Assembly: GCA_029953675.1 (NCBI GenBank)
Contig: JAMWBK010000003.1
Coordinates: 558,001-622,000 of the forward strand
DNA from: Rhodosorus marinus CCMP1338
Taxonomy: Eukaryota; Plantae; Rhodophyta
DNA length: 64,000 nt
Reading direction: 5' to 3'
Below, piece by piece: positions 11,381-22,130 of this stretch. The stretch's first letter is position 1; each line of letters starts with the position of its first letter. The translations under genes and the position numbers were made by a program. The notes under the pieces are model-generated. The model was given only the letters and a program-made list of their open reading frames with translations. It was not told the origin of the DNA and made no database searches.

Positions 11381-13151
11381 TCAAATCCAATCACCACCGT
11401 TCATATACTGATCTTCGCAGTCGAAGTTTCTCGTAAGGGTAATCTTTCCCCGTCGACGCCGGCCGTCCCCTCCACTCATGTCATCAGAACTTAGCAGCGG
11501 ACTTTCAGGCTCATGCCTCGGGCTGAAGCTCGCATGGTTCGGGGGTGTAAATCCCTTGTTCGATTGCGTTGGCGGAGTGAATCCCTTATTAATACCCATC
11601 ATGAAGATTCCGCTCATGCCACCTCCAGATGGTCTTTTCTTCGTTTGATTGTCGTATTTGCTTATGAACGAAGCCGGTGAGGAAGGGCTCACATCCGGAA
11701 CGGATCCATATCTAGCATCTTTGTCACCCGACCCGGTAGACGCCGTTTCTCTGTGGTCGCCTTGGCCGATCGGCAGGCCCCCGGTGAGGAACATCAGCTT
11801 CGCATGACGCACCATTTCCTGTACGGCTCTCAACTGATCACTCACGGGATCCTCATTCACGAACGTCAGGCCTTTCTCCTCACCCGCGATCCAAGGATGC
11901 GCCAGAGCTTCCACGGCCGTCATTCGCGCCTCTGCATCTGGCTCGAGCAGTTTGCTTATGAAGTCTCTACTACGGGATGAATACGATTTCCATTCACTAC
12001 CGTATGCATACTTCCCAGTTCGGATCTGAAGGAAAATAAACAGCACAGAAAGATCGATAAGATGGGAGCTCTGTTTTACAGCGCCAACTTGGGCCACTTA
12101 CCAGCCTCATGACCTTATTCGGAGACTCCGCCTCGAACGGAAACTTGCCCGTGACGCACTTGTACATGAGCACCCCAGCAGCCCACAAGTCCACACTGGC
12201 ACCGTACGGTTTCCTGTTTACTTGCTCTGGAGCAAGATACATCCAAGTACCTAGCATGGTCGATAGAGCATTGCTCATGTCACTCGCGTCCGGTATGATT
12301 GCCCCAAATCCAAAGTCTAGCAATTTTGCTCCCATCGGAAACGTTTCGAACTCGCATGCAATGTTCTCCAGCTTAATGTCTCTATGAACAATTCTCAGAG
12401 AATGCAGTGCCGCGAGTCCGTAGACAATTTCGTTCATAATCATCCGTAGTTGGGACTCAGTCACTTGAGGTCTCTTCGCCAGACACTCGTCCAGAGTACC
12501 TGCTGTTAAATACTCCATCACAACATATACCTTGTCCTCCGAATCAAATATATCAATCCTACATCAATTCCACGCGAGTTTTTCAGAAAAATTATGCTGC
12601 AACAACTTCATGCCAAGGGGGCTTGTGAACCATCCGTGACACTCTGAACACGGTTTCAGGACTTACGTTGACACGATCTGGGGGCTCCTGACAACCAGCA
12701 TAATAGCAGCCTCGCAGTGTAGTCGATGAATGCGTTCGGGTGAAAGGCCTTCCTTGCTCACAATCTTCACTGCGACCGTATCTCCCGTGCACTTACTCTT
12801 TGCTTTTCTCACGATGCCACTAGTGCCCTCGCCTATTACCTCGAGAAGCTCGTAGTAGTTTGTGAGCTCCCGTGTCGACGATTCCATCAACGCCTTAACC
12901 CAAATGTCAAAGGATTCAGCAGTTTCCGCAGTGAATAGAAGTTTCCATCTCGGAATATGCATGCGCAGCTTTTCTCTATGTACAAGGATCTCACAGTTCA
13001 GCATTGCACAGGACCAGTCAGGTTCATCATCCGGTCCCTTGTGCTTCGTCAACATGATCCCATTCAGACGAAAAAAGCGCCGTTTCCCGAACCGCCCTGA
13101 TTTCAACCATCCACTGCACTCCAGCGGAACGCCGTTTCTCAAACCCTGCAT
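11381..13151 (-). CDS. Ser/Thr protein kinase (CAMK-like) with N-terminal PH-like domain; exons 13151-12667, 12558-12102, 12025-11381 (528 aa)
   Basis: Kinase motifs IGEGTSG, VAVK, HRDIKLEN, DFG, YLAPE, DLWAAGV and RMTAVEALAHPW. The N-terminus has GWLK...KRRFF.L and LLF.AET.E....WV.AL, a PH-domain pattern. Introns are 12559-12666 and 12026-12101. An additional 5' exon cannot be excluded. Confidence 0.9.
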
Positions 13152-13516
13152 CTCTCAAAAAAAAACAAACCCGGCAACCACTACCAACAAAAACCACGCT
13201 ATCCCCAAAGACCGCTTCTACTCCCCCCCTTAGAACCCGTCAAATGCTCAAAGCCGAGGAGACCCAAAGCGCCAAAACACCAGCCGGAATCCGGAACCAA
13301 AAAAAAAAGACACCGCCCCTCCAAATAGAAACCTACTTTAAGATTCCCCCATCTTTTCGCCTGTGCTCTCTCAGCTCTTCCCTCCCACCACCAACCTCCT
13401 CAACCCATTCCACCACATAAAACATAAACCCATAAAAGTTGGACAGATATTCCATAACCAACACTGAACCCTTCACTTCCTACCTCAATCAACCCTTTCC
13501 CACGAAACTAACCCCA

Positions 13517-13562
13517 AGCTCCCCCTAGCTCCCCCCAGCTCCCCCAGCTCCCCCAGCTCCCC
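13517..13562. repeat. Short microsatellite (CCCCCAGCT-like, about 4 copies)
   Basis: GCTCCCCCTAGCTCCCCCCAGCTCCCCCAGCTCCCCCAGCTCCCC is seen directly. Confidence 0.8.
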
Positions 13563-14923
13563 TTCCCATCCCTTTCCCATTTCCTCCTCCTTAAAACCGT
13601 CCAAACCCGTCCAAAAACGATCCTCGTCATCTGCTTTTTTTTCCAAAACCAGAAAAAGGAGAAAAAAACGCATAATGGTTTATGAATTAAAAAATGTCTC
13701 ATGGAAATCAAATTTTACACTATAAAAAACATATAGGAGAGACTCCCATCTAAATAAGATGGGAAACGCCAAGTCAAAGTGAACACGCGCATCGAGTTGA
13801 GGCTTTCCCATTTTGAGAGAGCTCAGCTACGCGAAATGACGTAATTACACGACTTAGCACATGCCACAGATTGGGGCCTTCGTAAATCTCTTTTTCTCAC
13901 CTCTCTTCTGTCGTTCTCTCTTTCTCAGCTATACTCGAGAAATCTATTGTTTTGTTTTTCGTGACAAAATAACGGGGATGCGCTCACTTTCTATATCTCT
14001 GTATTTTCCCAAATCTGATATATATTAGAAACTTTTGGTTTAAATGAGGTCGACTTTTTAGTTGACAAAAATACCTATAGGTTGGTTTTTATTCTAATAA
14101 TATATAATTCAACCGTGTTTTTCGTTGGGATTATATTTTCTATATTTAGAGTTTAGAAAAAAGAGATGGTGGCATCTCTGTTACCTCTTACCTGCGGCTG
14201 AGAGAAACAAATATATTCTCTTTATTTTGGTGCGTGGGGGTTGTGCAACAACTTCGTGATTGGACAAACTCTTCAGCACGTCAACGTGGGTTGGCAGGAA
14301 AACGAACTCTAATTTCCGGGGGTTAGGAAAATATTGTGAATTTTGACTGATGGTCACAAAAGTTTTATTATTCATCCGAAAAGAAAACAGTAAAAAGTTA
14401 AAATTAGCCCAATATCTATATCAATGACGTTTTTAATTCAATATTCTTTATTATATTGATTGATAATTGTTTTGGTCTTAGGGGTTGGACGTATCGCACA
14501 GGAAGGTGCAGATCTAAATGTCAGGGTATACCTAACAAGCGTTGAAATAAATAAGGAAAAGCAGAAATCCTTCATCAACATCGGATTGGATTGGGTTGGT
14601 CCATTATACGAATTAAGAATTGGCACGTGTGTCGACGGTCTAATCAGCAACCGAAACGGTGGAATATTGCGCAAAAAAGTGATATATTATAAAAGCGCGT
14701 TGTTGCGGGGAAAAGCGACATTAAATATTTATGATAGTAATAATATATATTTATATCTGCGTCATTACTGTTGATAGAGATATCGGATGGACGTGTCGGA
14801 AACGGACAATGGGAATGGAGATTGGTGCAGCGGTTCGGAGTTGGGGATGGTGACTGCCACACCCGATGGGAGGCTGAGGCTTAGGCACACAAAAATTTCG
14901 ATGTGTTTCTGGAGAGAGGATTG

Positions 14924-17137
14924 ATGGACCAGTGTTTTAATTTTGTTCCGGTCGGTTTGGTATTGGACAAGAGATGGAGTCGGAGGAGGGTATGCCGCGG
15001 ACGGGGTGCTCAGTCGAAAACGGACCCCCCGATGGAGGATAACGTCAGCAGAAAGGAGGATGGTTTGAATTTTGGGTTGAGTGGTCTGAGCATTGAGGAT
15101 CAGGAGTCTCTTCTGAAGCTTCACAATGAGGTGGCTTGGTTCACGCTGGACAACGAACAGGCCGGTGAATTTGCGGATTCGCTTCTGGGGACGACCGGAC
15201 CTCCAAAGCCGGATTTGAAGTACATTCGAACGGTATTTGGAGAAGATCGTGTGCTGAAATGGATACGCACAGAGACGTTTCGAAAGCTGGAAACAGATGA
15301 CGCTTCGATGATCACATCACCGGAGCAAGGAGACTTACTGCGCCTGCTCATTCAGGCCACAGGTGCTGAAAAGGTTTTGGATGTTGGAACATTCACAGGA
15401 TACTCATCCACTTGCATGGCGATGACCTCGGAAAGAATCTCCGTGACGACGATGGACTGTGAGGAGGGAGCTCCTCAACTGGTCGCGCGAGAGGCGTGGA
15501 AACGAGCTGGGGTTGAATCGCAGATTAATTTCATTGCAGGAGACGCCCTTTCGAGCATGAAAACCATGCGAAAGGAGAGCTTTGACCTGGTCTTCATCGA
15601 TGCGGATAAGGAGAGGTACGAGGAGTATTACGAAGTGGCATTGGTAAGGCATGACCAACAACCCCGAACAGATTTCTGGAGATCACTGACCCCGAAGAAC
15701 CGTCGCAGTGCGCACGCGATCTGTCTCACGATCTGTCTTGAATGCATCTACTGACAGGATCTTGTTCGTGACGGTGGTGTCGTAATCATCGACGACAGCC
15801 TCTGGAGTGGAAGGCTGTCTGACCCGACTGTTCAGGACCCGTCCACCAATGCAATCAGGAGAGCCAATCTCCGTATCTCCGGCGATTTGTCGGTCGAAAG
15901 CGCGTTAGTACCAATTCATGACGGCATGACCGTTGCCGTGAAGAGAAGAGAACATCCCGTTTCCTCCACCGCATTTGCAGGTCACGTTGTATCGGTTGAG
16001 GGCAACATCGCGGTGGGGAAGACCACGCTTCTGAACACCATATCCCGGGATCCTGAACTATCGGGAGAAGTTCCCGTTCAGATCTTCTACGAAAACCCAA
16101 CTGAGTCATTTCTCAAACTTTTCTACGAAGATCCAGAGCGGTAGGGTGAAGCTCGCCACTGGTGTCTCCGATCTGGATCACGGGCGAGACAAGCATAGAG
16201 CCTTAGAGCTGATCTTCCCGACTGCTTTCCTCCCAAAACGCAGATACGGCTTTGGGTTCCAAATTCATATGCTTCAAACCTGTCAGAATCTTGTCAACTC
16301 AGCTGGAGAGCATGCTCAGAAGGCGGGTCTCAGCTTCGTTGATCGATCTCCGTGGGGTAACTCCTGTTTCGCGGACTGCAACTATCGTCTTGGCCGTCTT
16401 TCTGAAGGTAACAACCCACAACCCACCAGAGCTCAACAGAGGAAGGCACGGACGGATTGCGTTTTAGATACTTAGCAAAGATGATGGGTCTCTTCTCCCT
16501 GCCTAGACGAGTATGCAGTTTATCGGACCATGCTCAATTCACAGCCACTGGGTTTGGATGTGCTCGTGTACCTGGACGTGCCTCCCGAGATATCCCTGGC
16601 GAGGTGCGTACAACGGGGTGTCAACGCAGAGGCGGCTGTTGAGCTGGACTACCTGGAGAGGCTTGATAGCTCGCACTTCGAGATGCTCTGCGAGACTATC
16701 ATCTCGAAGAGATTGCCGGTTCTAGTCATCGATTGGAGAAGCTTCGCACCCATTAAAATGGTGCTGTTATGCCCCGAACGAACACATAGGAGAAGGACGG
16801 CACGGCGTTTGAGTGGAATTCTGACTTGAACACAACATCATCCGTTTCCTAGGTTCTGGAGCAGATTTACAACTTTTTCAAGCACGATCAAGAACCGGCG
16901 AGGCTCAGGAACGAGAGAGGCTCGAAGGACAGTCTTGCGCTTGGAGCTGAAGAAATCATCGAGCTCGAACGTTCGCTCAAAGTCGACGGAAGGCTGGACT
17001 TGCAGGATATTGTGAATCCAACGAGAATACAGAGAATTCCTACTGGCACGGGACCTGTCTACGCTTCGTTTAAGAGACTCGTCTTGTACCTCCTCGCAAA
17101 CAAGTACGAAGTGGTTTTCGAAGCGGACTCGACTTGA
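14924..17137 (+). CDS. Fusion protein: transit-peptide-like N-terminus + class I SAM-dependent O-methyltransferase (CCoAOMT/Methyltransf_3-like) + deoxynucleoside kinase (dNK) domain; exons 14924-15643, 15758-16140, 16244-16407, 16507-16760, 16853-17137 (601 aa)
   Basis: OMT motifs: VLDVGTFTGYS, FDLVFIDADKERYEEYY, GGVVIIDDSLWSG and VPIHDGMT. dNK motifs: VSVEGNIAVGKTT, FYEDPERYGFGFQ, DRS and LVYLDVPPE.SL.R...RG...E...LDYLERL. Four GT-AG introns give a phase-consistent 1806-nt CDS. Confidence 0.9.
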
Positions 17138-17793
17138 AAGGTCGGCACAGTAGTGAAATCAAGACCAAAAAAGAAAAGCAGCGGGATGTCTGAAGAGAGC
17201 GGTCAGTGAGGAAGGGCCTGTTTGTACCTGACTGCTAGCCTGGAGACCTCAAAGAGCGGAGACAGATGTATTAGATGCCGTCGTGTAAGGAACACACATA
17301 TATCCACTGAGACGTGTCTCTGCGATTGTTCGTGGACGTTCCTCCGACCCCTTGTGGATGCTCTTCGACCGGTAACATCGGAGCCAGTAACTTTTTGGAT
17401 TCGAATTAGGCAAGAAGGCGAACATCCTCACAGGAGAGGTGCAGTCTGGGTTTTCGGACTTGTCGGGTGAAAGGCCCCGACGGCTCCATTATAGTACGAC
17501 TTAGTAATTTATTTTTCTATGTTAGCTATATAACTACATTCTCGTTCAGACCAGCGCCTTTAACTCGCGCACGTCAGTCAAGAGCCAGCGACCATTTTGT
17601 GACATATACAAGTGCGATTGTGACGCATAACAAATCTGTCAGACTCCTTCAAAACCCTCAACATTCAACCTCGGGAGACTCCCCCTTCCCCACCCCCCCA
17701 GGAAAGCAAACAGAGACCAAAAACTTTGGTGGCCCATGCAAAACAAAACCGAAAAAAAATGTTCGAAATGGCTGCTCTTCTTGGCACAAGTTC

Positions 17794-19265
17794 TTAGAAG
17801 AGGTCGTCCTCCACCTCAACCTGAGCGATTCCACCAACGATCTCGTTCAGCTCGTTTGTGATTCGGCCTTGTCGTTCTCTGTTAATCATAAGGCTGAGAT
17901 CGTGCATCAGATCCTTCGCGTTATCCTCTGCTGCTTGCATGGCGGTTAACCTCGCCGCTAGCTCGCTCGCAGAGCTCTCCCGAACCGCTCGAAGTATGTG
18001 TTGACGGAGGTAGAGTGGCGTCATCGCACAGAGGATCTCAATCGGGTGTTGTTCAAACGAAACTTTCTGCGAAAACCTAGAATCCAGCTCCCTTTTGGTC
18101 GGGATAGTTGGGCAATAAGAGATCGTGAGCTTGAGGTCGCCTTGACAGTCCACAACAAGGAACAGGATCTTTGATCTTACTTGTCCGGGTCGCAGTGTTT
18201 CCTCTCGACATCAAAACCGTGGTCGCTTGGAACCAGTTGAAAGATCTCGTCCTCGTCCCACTCAAAACCAAGAGGAGTCAGCGGTAGGAGAGTTCTGATG
18301 CTTGGTTTGGAGGCGAGCATTGACTGAAATCGGGTGTAGACAAGCTCGACTCTGTCGACCTCATCGGAGACAAAGTCGATGAGCGATTCCTCGGCAAGTT
18401 TGAGGGATAGGTCCGGAAGACCTCTGCCAGTACCGAGCAGGAAGGCGTTCACGATGAGAAGATGCGGATAGTTTCTTCTGAAGAATCGTTCCGTTAGACG
18501 ACCCACACAGCACAGCTCCACTTCCATTCCTAGTTGAGTAAGGTCCTCAATTCGGCGCCTTGCAGTGGTAAAAACGAGGCGATTGTAGACTCCGCAGAGT
18601 CCTCGATCACCAGCGACAACGATCAGAAGCACTCTTCGCGTCGCTCCGGGATCCTGCAACGCTCTATGGATCTTCATTCAGCACATGAAAGCAGGCCAAC
18701 GATCAGAAATCACGAACCCAACTGTAGTCAAACCGTCTTGACTGGAGCAAGCACATCTCTTACTTCCGCCTGGAGAAAACGAGCCATACCTTTCGAAGCA
18801 TGTACTGATCCACAGTATCGATCTCTCCACCCAATCTGATCGCTTCATCTGTTAGCTTTTCAAAACTTTTCCCGTCACTGTTCAATCGATGCAATACAGT
18901 TCCTAGCACCTGCGTCAGAGCGGTGAAAAAACTGTCAACTACGACTCGTCCTGTGGGGTGGGTTTAATTCCATCGAGTGGTTAACCCAAAAATCAAGAAG
19001 GAGGTCTAACCTGTTGCAAGCTCTGCACAAAAGGTCTGGATTTCAATGCGGCCTCAGAAGTTCTCTTTATCCTAGCCGCCGCAACCAGTCTCATCGCCCC
19101 AGTCACCTCCAGCGCCGTTTTCACGGTACTCATCCTCCGTCGCAGTTCATAGAGCTTCCCTCCGGCCATCAAAGGGCCAGGTCGTCTCCTCCGAACCAAG
19201 TTCGATGGTTGCCTACCAATCCACCCGGATGGATGACACACAAAACATCCATCCCGGTCCTTCAT
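17794..19265 (-). CDS. atpC: Plastid-type F1 ATP synthase gamma subunit, highly divergent; exons 19265-19011, 18909-18790, 18653-18181, 18076-17794 (376 aa)
   Basis: AMRLVAAA, GDRGLCG, VELVYTRF, LLPLTP..(cyanobacterial/plastid insert)..DEIF.L, FEQ.P, SASELAARLTAMQAA.DNA and RQGRITNELNEIVGG. The N-terminal extension resembles a transit peptide. Confidence 0.9.
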
Positions 19266-20034
19266 TCTCAATAGATACCTAAATCCTCAGATCAACCCGA
19301 ACCCAAGAAGTACAACAAAAAACGAAAAAAAAGAAGCTCCCCGAACACGAGCTGAGCAATAACAACAAAAACTTCACTAATCCTTCCCCTTCATCTCTGA
19401 GATCAACCCCTCAGTCTCAACCCTTCCTCTTATAGACCCTTCCCACTATCCCTCCACCCTATCCAGCCAAATGTCTATCAATGGCCACAGTGTCATCCAA
19501 AACCCAGCTCAACCAGCGAACAGAACCCTGTTGTACCTCAACCAGAGCATCCTTGCGTCGTATCAAAAGGTTCCTAGATCGCAGCTACTTCAAGCGGAAA
19601 AGTCTAAACATTCACTCTTAAGATCTCTTTACCCTCCACACCCTCTCGCTCACCCAACCTTCCTCCCCCTCCGCTTCCATCTCGGGCAATACCAGAATGG
19701 ATATTTACCAAAATGGATCGCTCTACCCTCCCCCTCATATAAATCAAGTCCCCTCTTTCTTGATTTATTTTCTTTAATTATTCAGTATTTATCCTTTTTG
19801 GAATCCAGGGAGTACCCCTCCATCTACATATTTGCTTTTTGGTGGGTCTCCGGCCATGTTCGAGACAAGCGATAAGCCAAAATGGTCTAATTTTGGATGG
19901 TTGATGACGACGGTCATCAAATTTTGATCTGTTTTTTGAGGATTTTTTCGGGTTTGGGGAGGATGTTGGCATCAGCGTACAAACCATTGTTTTCGGGTTT
20001 ATTTTCGTCTGAGAACTTTGAAAGAGATTTGCTT

Positions 20035-20215
20035 TACGTTCAAGCGCGGGCTGGCATCATTTACCCACTCGCACCGGGGAAAATGGTCACCGCGGTTTGT
20101 AATAGTTTTCGTCTGAGTGCTTTGAAGGAGCTTTGATTGTGATGGGAGCGTACGTTCAAGAGCGGGCTAGCATCATTCTACCACTCGGGCCGGGGACAAT
20201 GGTCACCGCGGTTTG
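20035..20215. repeat. Direct repeat, 2 x ~65 bp (20035-20099, 20151-20215)
   Basis: TACGTTCAAG(C/A)GCGGGCT(G/A)GCATCATT..CCACTCG..CCGGGGA(A/C)AATGGTCACCGCGGTTTG, with period 116. Confidence 0.9.
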
Positions 20216-20373
20216 AAATGACCACGGGCCTTTTTTTAGTTTCGTTTTTTCTGAAAGTGAGGAGTTTTGTTTATAGGTTGGGTAAGGAAGAGCTTTTCCG
20301 GATACTTGGCTCTGAAATACGAGTTGCGGGTGGTCGCGCCTATGCCCAAAGGAGTTGCTTCTCATTGCGTGTT

Positions 20374-20817
20374 TTAAGCCCAAAGAGTGCTCTTGGTTAG
20401 TTGCTGCTTGCTTCTTGTCTCTGAGCTTAGTTCTGCATGTTGTTGTTGTTGTGAGCCCTCTGGATGGCTAAGCCAGCCACAGTAGTCAAGAGTTCGGACT
20501 CGTCCCTCCGAATGGACGAGCATCAGGCCCAGCGCTTACGTCCAAGACTTCCAGTCTCGCCATAGCATAACCCTTTCCGCCTCTGATTGCGTCTCCAGAA
20601 ACGGACGATGTCGGGCTACTACCCTCGCATTGGACGAGCTCTTAAACAAGTTAACCAGGATGGAGGTGACGCGGGCCTGGAAACGAAAAAGCTCGCGCTC
20701 TTGCAACTGCTTCCACATTTTACCAAGACTCAGCTGTCTGCGCACTGCCCTGTGAGGAATGCTTCCGAATCTCAGCCGTCTACTTTCTGCAGCGAGCATA
20801 GAGAACATCGTCAACAT
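20374..20817 (-). CDS. Possible small two-exon hypothetical protein
   Basis: ORF MLTMFSMLAAESRRLRF...WKSWT ends at a GTAAGC donor. A ~70-nt intron ending CTTAG joins in frame to HPEGSQQQQHAELSS...LWA-stop. No homology recognised. Confidence 0.3.
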
Positions 20818-21149
20818 GGACTATGCCACAGTTGGGTGCCTGGGCCTCTACTGAACGATTTGGAGTTGCATCGAGACATATGAGGGAATTAGGCCATTGC
20901 AGGGCTTTGCTCGTTGTGAATGGAGGTTTACCAAATTCGAAAATATAAATGTAATTGTCAGAATATTCAAATTCTACTTAATATGTTAGTACCGGAAAAA
21001 GATGATCACTAGATAATGCACTACCTACGGACGCCAACCGCCGGCCAGAAATCGGAGACAATCTGCGACAGGCAAAACAAAAACTTCGAACGTCCTTATC
21101 AATAGGAGAGCAAATAAAGAGAGTTCGCTCTCAACGCTTCCTCCAGCGA

Positions 21150-22130
21150 CTACCTCCGCTCTAGAGGGTTCAATTCTGTACAAAGTCGCAAGAGTGATTC
21201 CCTCGGTGCAGTCCCAAGGCGAGAATTGTTATTCCCAAAACTGTTCGGCGCTCTTAAAACAGGAAGACCTTGATCAGGAGCAAGAGGTATCTTTTCCATT
21301 CCCGAAGGAAACGGAGGTAGCAGGTTCGACGCCGCTGGGAGAGCGCTTGAAGCGAAGAGAGCGCTTGTTGGCGGGAGTGCGATAGATTCCGCCAGTGCGT
21401 TGGATGACGGAAGTGCGCTAGAGGCCAAAAGAGTGCTAGATGATGGTAACAAGCCATCGTGCCTCTCAAATTGTGGTGATTTCCTCGAGGTCGGAATTCG
21501 TTCCGCTGGATAGAGGTTTGAAATATTGGGCAGGCTGTTGTACAATTCGGGCGCTAGAGGTGACAGCGCCAGTTGGCACGCACTGTCCGGGGCATTCAAC
21601 TCCAGTGACGCAGGAGAATCAGCAAAGTACTTCCCACTAGCGTCGACACCGTTCCGAAACCTCAAGTGCGCCGTTCGTTGCTGCCTGGCAACCTTCAGTT
21701 CACGTGAATCGACTGAGCATTTTGACGACATCGAGTCGTTCTTAAGGAACGGATCTGTAGAAGGTTCATTTGGAATCCCAGGAATGCGATTCTCCTCCTT
21801 CAGCAAGCGTCCTTCTTCCTGCCGCACAAGTCCATCAATTCCATTCCCCCGAGAACTCCACCCCTTATCTGTTGCCTCTTTTGAGCTGACTTCTACCTCT
21901 CGATGGGTTTGCATATGACTCTTTAAGGAAGACCTCCATTTGAACACGCGGTCGCAGCCTTTCTCCGTACACCTGAATGGGTTGCTCCCCGTATGAACTC
22001 TTCTATGATTATCTACGCAGTACCGATACTTAAACATTTTGTTGCATATCTCACAAGCAAACCTCTCCCCAACCCTTGCAGAGGAAGAGGGCTTTTTCCT
22101 CTTCAGCCCAACTTCCTTCGCAGGCCCCAT
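21150..22130 (-). CDS. C2H2 zinc-finger transcription factor (2 fingers, N-terminal), intronless
   Basis: FACEICNKMF...NHRRVHTGSNPFRCTEKGCDRVFKWRSSLKSHMQTH, a basic NLS (KRKK) and a Ser/Pro-rich tail. First ATG at 22130. Confidence 0.9.
   Translation of the reverse strand: MGPAKEVGLKRKKPSSSARVGERFACEICNKMFKYRYCVDNHRRVHTGSNPFRCTEKGCDRVFKWRSSLKSHMQTHREVEVSSKEATDKGWSSRGNGIDGLVRQEEGRLLKEENRIPGIPNEPSTDPFLKNDSMSSKCSVDSRELKVARQQRTAHLRFRNGVDASGKYFADSPASLELNAPDSACQLALSPLAPELYNSLPNISNLYPAERIPTSRKSPQFERHDGLLPSSSTLLASSALPSSNALAESIALPPTSALFASSALPAASNLLPPFPSGMEKIPLAPDQGLPVLRAPNSFGNNNSRLGTAPRESLLRLCTELNPLERR

Noticed and set aside
13745-14180. Small hairpins TCCCATCT-AAATA-AGATGGGA and AGAGATG-GTGG-CATCTCT in the kinase/OMT divergent promoter
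   Set aside because: Stems of 7-8 bp are expected by chance in 64 kb.
17794-19265. Mitochondrial ATP3 assignment for the gamma subunit
   Set aside because: It carries the cyanobacterial/plastid-type insert (LLPLTP...DEIF.L...FEQ.P) and the MRLVAAA motif. Not tested by phylogeny.
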